Part shown: piece after piece, positions 12,300 to 26,014 of the stretch | Layout of the letters: each line of letters opens with the position of its first letter | How positions within the stretch are numbered: the stretch's first letter is position 1 | DNA from: Octopus sinensis | Lineage: Eukaryota | Length of the DNA stretch: 64,000 nt | Direction of reading: 5' to 3' | Assembly (NCBI RefSeq): GCF_006345805.1 | Contig: NC_042998.1 | Span: 192,262,001 to 192,326,000, forward strand | Made by a program: the position numbers and the translations under genes | Notes under the pieces: generated by a model | The model's input: only the letters and a program-made list of their open reading frames with translations | Database searches by the model: none | What the model was told of the DNA's origin: nothing

Positions 12300-13560
12300 G
12301 TCTGTTACAAACTGTGCACACAAAAAGGTCACTGAGCTTCACCTTCTCGAACGCAATATTCTCCTTTAAATCTCTCTTGAGTCTTTCATGTGTCATCCTG
12401 GCCGCCTCAAAAATCTTTTACTCCACAGCACACTTTTGTTCATCATGTAGCTTGATCCGTAGCAAGGGTTTCTATCGCTTTTGGATCCATTCCAAGTGAC
12501 TTCATAGAAGTCTTTGCACCGCCCTTAAACCTTTTTTTTTTAGGTTTACACCGATTGCATTTTCCTATGCAAGCTCGCCATAAAACAACTGTTTGGGTGT
12601 GCGTTCATCCGCCATTCGAACAATATGGCCAGACCATCTCATTTGATTTTTCAGAATCATTGATTTAATTGAAGTGATGCCTGCAGAGACAAAGACATCC
12701 GTGTCTCGAGTAAAAGTGCCCCGTTTAATGTTTGAAATTGGCAAAGGCATTTTTGGTTGAAACGTTCTAACAATTTATAAAGTCTTTCATAACACCTCAG
12801 AAGAATACAACAAGGATGGTAATACAAACGATTTATAAAGTCCAAGGTTTCTGTTATTATTTATATGTCGTTGGTGCCAAACGCGTGGCTTCAAACCATC
12901 AAATGCTTGCGCTGCCCTTTGAATTTGCAGATCATTTTTGCATCCAGATTTCCTTCATTTTGTACAGAGCTTCCGAGGTAGATGAAAGCGCCAACAACCT
13001 CAAGTAACTTACCCTTGACGAAAATTTTAGGTGAGTTGCAAGCAGCACCAACGCAGGTTGATACAATACCACAATTGTTTTCAAGTTGTTGGTCAAGCAA
13101 AAATCGCCACAAGCTGAGTCAAATGCAAATAAAAGAGATTGCAGGCTCGTTTCAGAGTGACTGACTAGATCACAATCGTCAGCGTGTAAGGAGTGAAGTA
13201 AAGATCTTTGTCTGAATTTCGGTCTGGTCAGATTAAAAACATTTTGTGTTCGATATTTTATGTAAATACCTTATTCGGAGTTTTGAAAAGCGTGTGACAG
13301 TGAAACAGCAAAGTATATTTCAAGGATGACTAGTGCATCAAGGTCTCCATGCTTTACTCCATTTTTCCACAGCAAAAGATTCAGAAAGCCGACCACAAAA
13401 TTAAATCTAGCCTTCATATCCTGATGCAAAACCATGATCAGGTTTATAAATTTTTCAGGGTAACCTATTTTCCTAAGAATTAGCCACAAAGCATTTCAAT
13501 TCACAGTATCGAATGCCTTGCTTAAATCAACAAAGCTATAGTTTAGAGAAAGATTCTGCT
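12300..13560 (-). mobile_element. Degenerate RTE-clade LINE (RT domain to 3' end)
   Basis: Fragmented frames: FVDLSKAFDTVN (~13500-13540), LWLILRKIGYPEKFINLI, NGVKHG, FIYLGS, MRWSGHIVRMADERTPKQLFYGEL. Confidence 0.85.
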
Positions 13561-13586
13561 CAATGAACTTTTCCTGAAATTACATG

Positions 13587-13587
<1 letters not shown>

Positions 13588-13622
<35 letters not shown>

Positions 13623-13623
13623 A

Positions 13624-13704
<81 letters not shown>

Positions 13705-13725
13705 CGTACATATGTATGTATGTAT
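13588..13725. repeat. (AT)n/(GT)n compound microsatellite
   Basis: Direct inspection. Confidence 0.95.
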
Positions 13726-13734
13726 AATATTGGT

Positions 13735-13935
13735 TTCAAATTTTGCCGCAAGGCAAGGCATTTCCGGGCGGGGATAAGTCGATTACATCGACCTTAGTAC
13801 CCCACTGGTATTTATTTTATCCACCCCAAAATGATAAAAAGCAAAATCGACCTCGGCGGAATTTGAACTCAGAACGTAAAGAGGGACGAAATACTGCTGA
13901 ACATTTTGCGCGGCATTCTAACGAATCTGTCAGCT
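13735..13935 (-). mobile_element. tRNA-derived SINE family A, diverged copy
   Basis: Contains GTCGACCTCGGCGGAATTTGAACTCAGAACGTAA hallmark of family A. Confidence 0.75.
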
Positions 13936-14112
13936 CTTTATGTATGATATAATGGAGGTTCCGAGTAAAAATAACTGGGGAAAACTGTTTGTTATGAGTT
14001 TGAATTGGCGGGGAGGAGCAATGTAGGAGTGTCTTACACGAAGGCAAATGCTTCCGTTAACTTTAGAAATGAAATGTTGCTTTCCTGAACGCAGCCCGAA
14101 ATGTTTATATGA

Positions 14113-14350
14113 ATACCTATTTCTTTACTACCCACAAGGGGCTAAACACAGAGAGGACAAACAAGGACAGACAAACGGATTAATTCGATTACCTCGACCC
14201 CAGTGCGTAACTGGTACTTAATTTATCGATCCTGAAAAGATGAAAGGCAAAGTCGACCTCGGCGGAATTTGAACTCAGAATGTAACAGCAGACGAAATAC
14301 GGCTACGCATTTCGCCTGGCGTGCTAACGTTTCTGCCAGCTCGCCGCCTT
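14113..14350 (-). mobile_element. SINE family A, full head plus one body
   Basis: Head GGCGGCGAGCTGGCAGAAACGTTAGC (A box) and GAGTTCAAATT (B box); TSD core ATATGAATACC at 14107-14117 and 14360-14370. Confidence 0.9.
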
Positions 14351-15219
14351 GGAAGGTTCATATGAATACCATCGGCATTGTGCCAGATATGTAAACGAAA
14401 TCGAATGAATTTCTATTTAGCAATCAACCACTGATATATCCCCCCCCCTTGGAAGGCAAATATATATTGTTTGTTAGCATGTAGGCAAGCTGACATTTCG
14501 TAGATGTGTGATCGCTTCAGATGATCATTAGAGTTACTGGATCCCAGTATTGATAGCGAATGTTTGGGTATTTAGGGTGTGTATTCTCCTTAATCGACTG
14601 GAGTTTAGCATTGCGAAACTATTTCAATTTTTTGGTTGTAAATATCGATTACGTTTCGATTGCAAACATCACCCAAATCTTTGTTTTCGGGAGCATGAAT
14701 GCTAAGTGGTATTAAGTTTGCATATGGTTGAGATGAAGGCATGTGATAGGATCATATGAATATAAAGAGGAAAGTGAGCGATCGATGGATCTTCTGCAAC
14801 GCCATGAAGTAGCCTTTACGTGATAGCCTGGGCTACTAAAAACACAGCAAATTTCACTTAAATCTCACCTTATTTCTCTATATAAAGAAAGCATGCATTA
14901 TGCAACGTCTATCCAATATATCCTTTAAAAATAAGATTGTCACGACCGGAATACCTTTGCCAATACGACTGATCAAGAGGTATTGATCTGGGATTAACTG
15001 TGATGCTTGAAAGAAATTTATGGAGACTATTTATGATGGATTTTTTTTCCAGTTACCTTCCACAGAATACGTTCACGAAGATAGAATTTTATAGGCGTCA
15101 AATTTTCATTGAAGTTAAAGAAAAATAACAATTAGTGTATATCAAGGAGAGAAAAGTGTCTTCACTCAATTCAGTTTTATATAAATCAGTATATTTTACG
15201 AGATGCGTGTATGTATATA

Positions 15220-15540
15220 TACATGTATGACTGAATGGTTACGAAGTTCGTTCGGTCACCACGAGATTTCGGATTCGATCCCATTGCGTTGCATCTTGGG
15301 CAAAGTAATTTCCACTATCCTCAGGCTGGCTTGCATTTTCTGAGAGAAACTGTGTACACGGAAACTGTACAGAAGCCTTATTGTATGTACCTGTGACTGA
15401 AATGTACAACCTCGTCACATATTGTGTCACGCTGATTCTACCTGAGAATCACGCTTGAGGTGTATATGTCTGTGGAATGGTAAGCTATTTATGTGCTAGT
15501 TCAATGAGCAAGAAATTCAGTCAATTGAACAACAGAGGCT
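15220..15540 (+). mobile_element. Old degenerate SINE (family B-like head, family C-like 3' part)
   Basis: Diverged GGTT...GATTCGATCCCATTGCG...CTTGGGCAAAGT head; TGTGTCACGCTGA...GTCTGTGGAATG 3' part. Confidence 0.5.
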
Positions 15541-15584
15541 TCGCCGTGAAAGCAGGTGGAGAAGCATCTATCTCTGTATATATG

Positions 15585-15865
15585 AATATATGTATGTATG
15601 TATTATCTATGTATGTATGTATGTATGTATGTATGTATGTATGTATGAATGTATGTATGTATGTATGTATGAATGTATGTATGTATGGATGGATGTATGT
15701 ATGTATGTATGTATGTATGTATGTATGTATGGATGTATGTATGTATGTATGTATGAATGTATGTATGTATGTATGTATGTATGTATGTATGTATGTATGT
15801 ATGTATGTATTGATGGATGGATGTATGTATGTATGTATGTATGTACGTATGTATGTATGTATACA
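15585..15865. repeat. (ATGT)n tetranucleotide microsatellite
   Basis: Direct inspection; source of MYVC/HTYI ORFs. Confidence 0.95.
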
Positions 15866-16748
15866 TGTTTCTTTTTAATAATAACCAAAGAAATCTAAAT
15901 TATAACAGAACCAAAGTGTAACATTTCGAATGTTGCATATTTTCCCTGTTCCGCTTAGAGATTAATTTTGCGGGATTCAGAGTTTGATAGTTTATTGCCT
16001 TGTCTAACTCACCAAACTGCCATATACACGTTAACACAGCAACTATACAAAATACTGCTTTGTGTTCCGAATGTACGTTGCTACGTTTTCTATTATTTAG
16101 AAACCCCGAATATTAAATGAAATCGAATGGAATGAGATGAAATGGGTAACTAAAGCAATTTGGTTTTTTCTTAACACCTTCCATTTTAGAGTAGAATATG
16201 AAATACTTTTATCTAGAACGTTTGTATCATTTCTATGTTCTCTAGATTGACCGAATCTAATAAAATCCCCATTGGTGAGCTGACAATCTTACCCTTATTT
16301 ATTCAAGATTAAATTTATAAGGAAGTCCACCTCTAAACCTTGTGAACTACATGGACTTTCCAATAGCTTATTTCTCCTGGATGAAAAAAACTTAGAGATA
16401 TTCTGAGTATGCAAGAAGCCATCATTTTACACTGGAATTATTATCTTTCTGAGGAAATTTATGGAAATCTCAAAGGGGATTTTTCTCTTTACATTTCAGT
16501 GCTAGCAATTTATACGTAATGAACAAATAATTGCTCACATAAGATGAAGGAATATTCAATTTCTTTCTCCACTTTTCATTTCTCGTCTAATTCCATTAAT
16601 ATTAAACCTAACATATATGTCACGGTGACATGAACTTGGAAATCTCATTATTTTTTTATCTAGTTTCTTAAGAATGAGTAAACCAGTTGACCCCAAACTT
16701 TACACCTCCATATTTCACTTATTAATATCTAATCTATAACATTTCAGT

Positions 16749-17090
16749 GAAGGCGCATGGCTCAGTGGTTAGAGCGTCGAGCTTACGATCGTGAGGTTGT
16801 GAGCTCGAATCCCGGACCGGGCTGCGTGTTGTGTTCTTGAGCAAGGCACTTTATTTCACGTTGCTCCAGTTCACTCAGCTGTAGAAATGAGTTGCGACGT
16901 CACTGGTGCCAAGCTGTATCGACCTTTGTCTTTCCCTTGGATAACACGGTGGCGTGGAGAGGGGAGGCTGGTATGCATGGGCGACTGCTGGTCTTCCATA
17001 AACAACCTTGCCCGGACTTGTGTCTAGGAGGGTAACTTTCTAGGTGCAATCCCATGGTCATTCATGACCGAAAGATGTCTTTACCCCTCT
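16749..17090 (+). mobile_element. tRNA-derived SINE family D with 14-bp TSD
   Basis: A box TGGCTCAGTGGTTAG, B-box-like GAGCTCGAATCCC; TSD TATAACATTTCAGT at 16735-16748 and 17091-17104. Confidence 0.92.
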
Positions 17091-18301
17091 TATAACATTT
17101 CAGTACCTAGGGTAAAACGTTTTTAAAACAGAACGTTCCCAACAGCTTTGTATGTGGTTATGTCTATTCTTGATAGAAATGAGGACGAACAAATGATTTT
17201 TATTTAGTTGGATGTCATCTCAACCTGAATAAAGTGCTGTTATATGGAGAATGTTGCTTTCCTCGACAACAGTCGCAAACATACAGTGACTAAAGAATTC
17301 AAATAATTCAAAGTTTTTATGATTTTTACATCTTCACTGTACTGTTCATAAATACTTTATTATAGTATAGACAATGAGCTAAGTAAGCAAAACTAGATTC
17401 AATAAAGAGAAAATAAAAGGCAACCTTCGTTTAGCCATATTACAAGTAGTTTCGGGAACAGGATGTACAGGCTGGGTTTCATACTGGCCACTAATATTAG
17501 AATACGTAAACATTTACTAAACAGAACCACTTTATACAATTGACCACGTAATCCGTAGTTTCGTACTCATTAATGTTTACATTCATTCATGTTTTCGTCT
17601 GTCCTCTTCCACTCCATTGGATAAAGTGAAGGTAATCTAATGCTGGATTAAAAATCCAAATAGAAGATTGACTTTGAATGTTACCCCAGCTTAGCTGCCA
17701 AGTTGCTTAGCAACTGTCTTCGCTTCAACGAGCAAATATCTTGAAGATGCCTGAACACAAGACATTTTTTTTATGTGAAAACAAATATAAACGAACGCTA
17801 AAAATAAATACTCATTAAAAAGCTTCCTATTGATTATTGATCTACATTGAACAAGTGTCTAATCGATTATTTTCTTGCATTTTAACAGCGTTTTAGCTGT
17901 TTATTGAAATCCATTTAACGTTTTAGCGATTCATCCTGTGTCCATGAAGGATATTATACAATTTAGTGATTTGTTTATCTTCCCTAAATCCGTCATTCTA
18001 CTAATTATAAATAATTCATGATTTTTGTCAATATTTATATTACAGTAAATTCAATAAGAAAGTAATGGATAAAAGATAAATCTGAAATCAAAATATTGTG
18101 ACAATATTTACCGTGATAATGGGGATTATTTTCACAAAATGTTCAAAACAATCTTTCTTATAAAAAAGATTCTGAAAGATTTATTTACAATTAAATCTGC
18201 CATCCATTAACGGCAAAAACTAATCTAGATGTAAAATTTGTGCATACATTGCATCGTATGCATCCCAAACTTTTTAATTTTAATTGTTCACAAAGATTTT
18301 C

Positions 18302-18362
18302 TATATATATATATATATAAATGTGTGTATACATGCATACATATATATATATATATATATAC

Positions 18363-18393
<31 letters not shown>

Positions 18394-18409
18394 ATATATA
18401 TATATATAT

Positions 18410-18468
<59 letters not shown>

Positions 18469-18620
18469 GGTATGTATATATACATATGCGTGTATATGTA
18501 CATATATATATATATATATACATATTGGTATATATGTATACATATGCGTGTATATGTACATATATATATATATATAAAGCACAAACACACATGCATATAT
18601 ATATGCACACACACGTGAGT

Positions 18621-18717
<97 letters not shown>

Positions 18718-18830
18718 AAGATATATATATAAGGATATATATATATAAAGATATATATATATATATACACATATGTATATATATATATATATAATATATA
18801 TATATAATATATATATATAACACAGTATAT
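18302..18830. repeat. Large (AT)n-dominated compound microsatellite
   Basis: Direct inspection; explains YI-rich ORFs. Confidence 0.95.
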
Positions 18831-19636
18831 ATAATAAACAAAAATGCAATTAGAATTTTTATTTGAAAACTCGAGTTATCCAGCTGTTTTATAGAAACAT
18901 ATGTACCTTTTAACTCTTGTTTCAATAAATGATTTAATAAGAAGGTAAAAGGACCAAGAATTGATTTGCCTATTTGGTATTAATGCTTCTGCGAAGCAGA
19001 ATTCGTGTTCTTCGGTGCTTCCGATGAAGTCAGTAAGGAGATTATTAGCAGTAGTTTATTGATTGCACTCAAATGCCTACATGTTGAAGTTAGGAAGGAT
19101 AATTTTATATAATGGAATATCTGAACGTTCATTTGTATATGGTTATGTCCACGTTTGATATAAAAATAGCGAAGAAATTAGAATTTTTTTTTTTTTGTTA
19201 GTTTAGTAGTTTGTTTTGTTGAGTGTTTTTTTTCCCATAATAATCCACAAACGTAACGTCGATTATATGCTCACACACTCTAGCTTCTAATGAAATTGAC
19301 AATAACACCATACACGTCGAATACGTATATGTCAGTCTTTCATGACATGACATATAAGTTATAGCCAATCTATTCACATAGTATATAACAGATTATACCA
19401 TATGTTTGGGAATGAAATGTAATACATGCAATTTGGAAGGCGAAATTGTCTGCTTCATTTTACCTTATTACTTTTCCTCCATAGGAATGTATAAACTTTT
19501 TCATACTAGAAACCAGAAATTATTAGCTTACGCTAGCAGTTTGAGTAGTATATGATCCAAGAAAGTAAAATGCTGCACACGAACCTGCCAACCTGCTCAC
19601 TGCTTCGACTGGTTATTATCTGTAATATATATATAC

Positions 19637-20222
19637 TTCTTTGCTGCCCACAAGGGGCTAAACATAGAGGGGACAGACAAACGGATTAAGTCGATTACAT
19701 CGACCCCAGTGCGAAACTGGGCCTTAATTTATTGACCCAGATAGGATGACAGTCAGAGTCGACCATGGCGGAATTTGAACTCAGAACGTAACGACAGGCG
19801 AAATACCTATTTCTTTATTACGCACAAGGGGCTAAACATAGAGGGGACACACAAGGACAGAAAAAGGGATTAAGTCGATTACATCGACCCCAGTGCGAAA
19901 CTGGTACTTTATTTATCGACCCTGAAAGGATGGAAGGCAAAGTCGACCTCGGCGGAATTTGAACTCAGAACGTAACGACAGACGAAATACCTATTTCTTT
20001 ATTGCCCACAAGGGGCTAAACATAGAGAGGACAAACAAGGACAGACAAAGGGATTAAGTCGCTTACATCGACCCCAGTGCGAAACTGGGACTTAATTTAT
20101 CGACTCCGAAAGGATGAAAGTCAGAGTCGACCTCGGCGGAATTTGAACTCAGAACGTAACGACAGACGAAAAACCGCCAAGCATTTCGCCCGGCGCGCTA
20201 ACGTTTCTGCCAGCTCGCCGCC
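19637..20222 (-). mobile_element. SINE family A with one head and three tandem bodies (184-bp period)
   Basis: Unit junctions at 19801, 19985, 20169; single A-box head at 20170-20222. Confidence 0.9.
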
Positions 20223-20269
20223 TTTCTTTCACTAATATATATTCTGAATCATTAGGTTTGGTTTTATTT

Positions 20270-20628
20270 CTCTTTTTACTCTTTTGCTCTTTTACTTGTT
20301 TCGGTCATTTGACTGCGGCCATGCTGGAACACCGCCTTTAGTCGAGCAAATCGACCCCAGGACTTATTCTTTGTAAGCCTAGTACTTATTCTATCGGTCT
20401 CTTTTGCCGAACCGCTATGTTACGGGGACATAAATACATCTGCATCAGTTGTCAAGCGATGTTGAGGCGGACAAACACAGACACACAAACATATAAACAC
20501 ACATACATATACATATATACATATATACGACAGGCTTCTTTCAGTTTCCGGCTACCAAATCCACTCACAAGGCTTTGGTCGGCCCGAGGCTATAGTAGAA
20601 GACACTTGCCCAAAGTGCCACGCAGTGT
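20270..20628 (-). mobile_element. SINE family B, head-truncated
   Basis: Aligns with 52046-52505 and 60750-61324 (GACTGCGGCCATGCTGG, GACACTTGCCCAAA). Confidence 0.85.
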
Positions 20629-21611
20629 GGGCCATGCGTTAAAATTACGAACGAAAACGCAAAATACTATGATGGTTAAGCACTACAGATAGTTACAAAC
20701 TAAAGACGGCCCTCTCCAAAAGAAGTTGCCGCCATCACGAATACAGAGCATAAGTCTACCCGTCAGCCCTGGCGGTCTCATGGTGCACTTGTTCACCATC
20801 TTGATTATTTACGTGGCCTCGTGAACTAGTTTTATATAACCGTTGATAAGTATACAGGGTTACTTTGTCTAGTTTTACGGGCTTGTTTTTGCCCTATTTG
20901 GTTTCAAGAAATCTTCACCAAGCTAATCAGAAATTATAGACAAAAAAACAAGCACGCCACAACCAATGTATTTGGAACAACTCATTAGATTATGTGTATT
21001 TCACAACTGGTACATTATTTACTCAACCCTGTAAAAGATGAAAGTTAAATTTGACCGCAGCAAGAGTTAAACAGATATTCTTAGGAAACTACCGACATTA
21101 TCCACCACTAAATTCTGCCAAAAACCAGCTTCAATTTCATTTTATTTTGTAAGTATATAGATAGCAAAGTTATATGTAGCTAAAGATAAAGCACCGTTTA
21201 CATTATTCTAAAGAATAAAGCTAAGTTCTATTTCAGCCCATAAAAAATTTTAACGTGAAGTATCTAGTCTATTGCTACTAGTATTTCCTCATTTCTCAAA
21301 ACGGGATCTCTATGACGTCAGCATTGTATCAGACTTTATCTATTTTTCCAGAACACACACACACACACACATATATATACACATACACACACTCATGCGC
21401 ATATATATATACACACACACACACTCGCACACACATACACTCGCACACACACACACCTGCGCACGCACAACGCCTATAAACATTCTTGTACACACTCGTT
21501 CCCTCGCTTGTGTGTGTGTGTCCAGATATACGCAAAGATAATGAATAAATAAATTCTATATGCATTTGAGTACATTTTTTCACATATGTATATGCTGGTT
21601 CGTGCATACCA

Positions 21612-21652
<41 letters not shown>

Positions 21653-22190
21653 GCAAAGAAACAAGTATATATAAATATGGTTGTGTGTGACAATTCCTCT
21701 ATTCATTCCTATTTTCCTTTTCATAGAACAAAAGGTAACCACTTAAATCAGTTCCTTGTTTAAAACAAACTACACACAGTTTACTTAATACACTGTTAAT
21801 GTTGTTTAAATACACATTATATAGCATGTTACGTCATCGCTATTTTTTCACAATACCACTTTGTATTAGAGACAGGCACGGAAAGAATGTCTTTAAATCT
21901 AAGCTTGCTCTATATAAAAATGTTATTATAAACTTTTGTGGTTGTTGTTCCAGTGTAGTTTGGTTTTAATGTTATGATCCAAGATTTTCAAGATGTTACC
22001 ATCCTATCTTTTGTATTTTTTCAGACACAATTCAGTTAAGGCCACATTAAGTGTCCTGTCTTTAATTCAGATGGTCGGGTGTGGTTTGAGAGGAGTTTGC
22101 TATTTGAAGGAATTCAAGCGACTGACCATTTGTCGAAGGTCAAGTGGGTAGAGAGTCTCATTCGTTCAGTCATTATCATTTTTGTTGTGA

Positions 22191-22610
22191 AGGCGGCGAG
22201 CAGGCAGTAACGTTTGCACGCCGGGAAAAATGCTTAGCGGTATTTCGTCTGCCGCTATTTTCTGAGTTCAAATTCCACCGAGGTCGTCTTTGCCTTTCAT
22301 CCTTTCGGGGTCGATTAAATAAGTACCAGTTATTCACTGGGGTCGATATAATCGACTTAATCCGTTTGTCTGTCCTTGTTTGTCCTCCCTGTGTTTAGCC
22401 CCTTGTGGGTAGTAAAGAAATAGGTATTTCGTCTGCCGCTACGTTGTGAGTTCAATTTCCGCCGAGATCGACTTAGCCTTTCATCCTTTCGGGGTCGATT
22501 AAATAAGTACCAGTTACGCACTGGAGTCGATATAATCGACTTAATCCGTTTGTCTGTCCTTGTTTGTCTTCTCTGTGTTTAGCCCCTTGTGGGCTGTAAA
22601 GAAATAGGTA
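22191..22610 (+). mobile_element. SINE family A, head plus two bodies
   Basis: Body unit repeated from ~22425. Confidence 0.9.
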
Positions 22611-22796
22611 TAATTTATGGGCTAGATATGGTCCGTTCAAATCCATAGTGCTGAGTATAGTTTCGCCACTATTTGTAGAATGTCACTTGATCTCATTGAA
22701 ACTCCTTTCTTGGTACGTACTACAATAAATGTCACCAATATATTCAATCATGCAACAATACATGTAGGAAAAAGGCAATACAATAAGCTCTTCTTG

Positions 22797-23028
22797 AAGG
22801 CGGCGAGTTGGCAGAAAGTTAGCACGCCGGGCGAAATACGCAGCCGTATTTTGTCTGCCGTTACGTTCTGGGTTCAAATTCCGCCCAGGTCGACTTTGCC
22901 TTTCATCCTTTCGAGGTCGATTAAATAAGTACCAGTTAAGCACTGGGGTCGATGTAATCGACTTAATCCCTCTGTCTGTCCTTGTTTGTCCCCTCTATGT
23001 TTAGCCCCTTGTGGACAATCAAGAATTA
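22797..23028 (+). mobile_element. SINE family A with 19-bp TSD
   Basis: TSD AATACAATAAGCTCTTCTT at 22777-22795 and 23029-23047. Confidence 0.92.
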
Positions 23029-23314
23029 AATACAATAAGCTCTTCTTATATCAAGAGAAATGTTCGTGTTATGTTCATATAATAAGAAACGCTGCGTATG
23101 GAAGCTGTTTCTGCAATCTTTAAATGGGTTAATGATTTGCAAGATAATGGCCGTCAGATTAAACAGCTTACAACGCAATCATATGACACTGAGTTTGATG
23201 CCATTACGCAACATAATCACATTGTTCAAGTATCTCTATAAGAGTCAAAGCCTTCTTCACACACATACGTTCACACACGCATACATAAACATATATGTAT
23301 ACATATCTATGTTA

Positions 23315-23790
23315 TATTGTTATATTTCGGAATGGTCATATTGCCAGTTTAGCCAATAAAAACACACGCACTATATATTTGGTGTTATTTTGCTTCAGTG
23401 ATATTTATTTTTTACATTAATCTTAATCTTATTTCGGCCAAAGTTCTTTCGTCACACTCCTGTGACCGCATCAGTGGTCCTTTGTTTTCTTCTCACTTAC
23501 TTGTGTCTCTCCTTACTAACCGTCAGCCATTTTGTATTTCTATTGTATGTCTTCATTTGCGCATGCTTATATCTCTATGTGCGTCTATGTTTATTTAGTG
23601 TGTGTGTGAGGGGGATGCCTGTAATATTTGTATCTTCTGGTTATATACATTCTTGCAATATGACCATTCCGAAATATAACAATATCTGTTTCAACACACG
23701 ACTTCACATAAAAAATCTTGCACAACAAATATTTAAACGTATCTATGTTATAATTCTACTTGTTCGTGAGTTTACACGTTACGCTTTAAT
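23315..23790 (-). mobile_element. Putative PLE pseudo-LTR repeat (family H2) with internal ~31-bp inverted repeat
   Basis: Reverse-complement match to 42890-43335; ATATTGTTATATTTCGGAATGGTCATATTGC inverted at ~23655-23687; hammerhead-like fold at 23436-23480. Confidence 0.65.
23436..23480 (-). ncRNA. Hammerhead-like motif, non-A at position 9
   Basis: GGACCA-CTGATGC-G-GTCACA-GGAG-TGTGAC-GAAA-GAAC-T-T-TGGCC. Confidence 0.55.
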
Positions 23791-23964
23791 TTGTTCGGGA
23801 AAGCAGGAAGAGAGCGAAGGTGATAGATATGGAAGGAGAGGGACAGAGAGGGGGAGGAGGGGAGACAGGGGAGAGGGACAGGGAGGGAGAGAGGGACAGA
23901 GAGGTGGAGGTAGTGTGAGAGAGAGGGAGTGTCAGGGAGAGAGAGGAGGAGTGGGTGAGATATG

Positions 23965-24175
23965 TTTCTTTATTACCCACAAGGGGCTAAACATAGAGGG
24001 GACAAACAAGGATTGACAAACAGATTAAGTCGATTATATCGACCCCAGTGCGTAACTGGTACTTAATTTATCGACCCAGAAAGAATGAAAGGCAAAGTCG
24101 ACATCGGCGGAATTTGAACTCGGAACGTACGCATTTCGCCCGACGTGCTAACGCTTATACCAGCTCGCCGCCTAA
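23965..24175 (-). mobile_element. SINE family A
   Basis: Body and head motifs, with a small deletion at the head/body junction; follows GA-rich tract 23823-23960. Confidence 0.85.
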
Positions 24176-24984
24176 GGAGTGAGTGAGATAGTAGATAACC
24201 ACTTCCACTAACCACCCTGCTACATCGTTAGTTGAAGTGTGAGACGAGAGAAAGAGAAAGAGAGAAGTGTTAACGACGTGATGAGGGGAACTACATGGTT
24301 AGAAAGTTTGTTGGAGAGGCAGAGTAAAAAAAATAATGAGTGTGTGTGTGTTTAGCAGAAAGAAATTTTTAATATCATATAATATATTATTGCGACCGGA
24401 AGTGAAATAACTTAGCAAAATAGCCGTCCATGTTATTTTATTTTTAAGTTACAAAAAGAAAAAAAAAAACTATATTTTCCATTTTATTTTGTGTACATTG
24501 CGAGCTAGCAGAAACGTTAGCACGCCAGGTCGATATAATTGACTAGTCATCTTCCCCCAGAATTTCAGGCCTTGTGCCTATAGTAGAAAGGATTATATTA
24601 TTAATAACGACAAAAGCATCTCAAATAAGATCAGAGAATCCAACGAAAATATTTGCATCAGCGTCATCAAAATATTTGTATTTTGTAAAGCATATGCGTT
24701 AAACATGAAATGGGTGTACCAATATGTTTGACTGAAATTAATGAAATATAAGATAAGAATAGAATAAATTATATATATTATATTATATTATTTGAAAATT
24801 GACAGAAGCTGATGATTATTCATATGACAAAAAAAAATGATTTATATACAGACGAATTCTGGAAAATAAGCTTTTTAATATATATTTATTGGTTTAGAAA
24901 TAGTGTTGTGAATCTAAGCCCCTGTTAAGCATTAACGTGTAATATGATGACCTGGAAAATGTATACATCCATACATATTTACAT

Positions 24985-25052
<68 letters not shown>

Positions 25053-26014
25053 TTATATTTATATTTATATTTATACATATGTGTGTGCGTGCGTGTATAT
25101 GCGTATACGTATATATATATATATATACATGTATATATAATACGCATATATACACTTGTATGTATATGTATATATGTATGTATATGTGTCTGTGTATGGA
25201 TATATAGCTAGAGACAGAGATGTGTTTGTGTGCGTGCTTGTATATACATATATAGTTGAAGAACCTATGGAGGTTTAGATGCGATAATCTAAATTCATTT
25301 TAGAGCGAAAAGATAATATTAGACATGCCTTCGAGTATTATTCCCTGTTGTTGTGAAGAGATAACACTAGAAGTTTCTTCTTGTTTGGTCGCTGCCAAAA
25401 TATTCTGATAGCAACTTTTGTTTAAAATATAAGCCAGCAGATAAGAAAAGTGGAATCTAGCTAAACATTTTTCATACGTTTTTATACATCTGTACATACA
25501 GTTACACACGTACACATTTATATACGCGCTGAAACACAATTATGAATATATGTATTTATTCATACAATATAATTCATTTGGAAAACTAATTTTTTAATAG
25601 TATCTCATAAAATAAAATGGACATTTGCGGAGGATATTTTTTTAATATAGCGTTAAAAATAAATAAAATTAGCATAAAATATTGAACGAAATTGTATTTT
25701 CTTTCAACTTTGACGTATTTTGGGTTTTTTTTGCATTTTTGTATTTATAAAATATTTTTCCCAAAGAAGATTGAAAGTTCCATTTGTCATATGCAGGAAA
25801 ATGAATTCCTGATTAATATATGTACGTCGAACATATCAATTCCATGAAATCAAAACCTGCACATCAATGTCACACTGATTGTTTAAACTACGCCAGAGAA
25901 ATCGTGCAATGTCCAAGATGCTTTCTAATAGTCAAATACAAATCACGCACCGAATCATACTTTATTAGAACGAAGAAGCCACAACAACAAAGGAACAAAG
26001 TTTATTATAATAAA

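Noticed and set aside
19637-20222. Regularly spaced repeats that might suggest a CRISPR array
   Set aside because: Whole 184-bp units repeat with no unique spacers; eukaryotic SINE bodies, no cas genes
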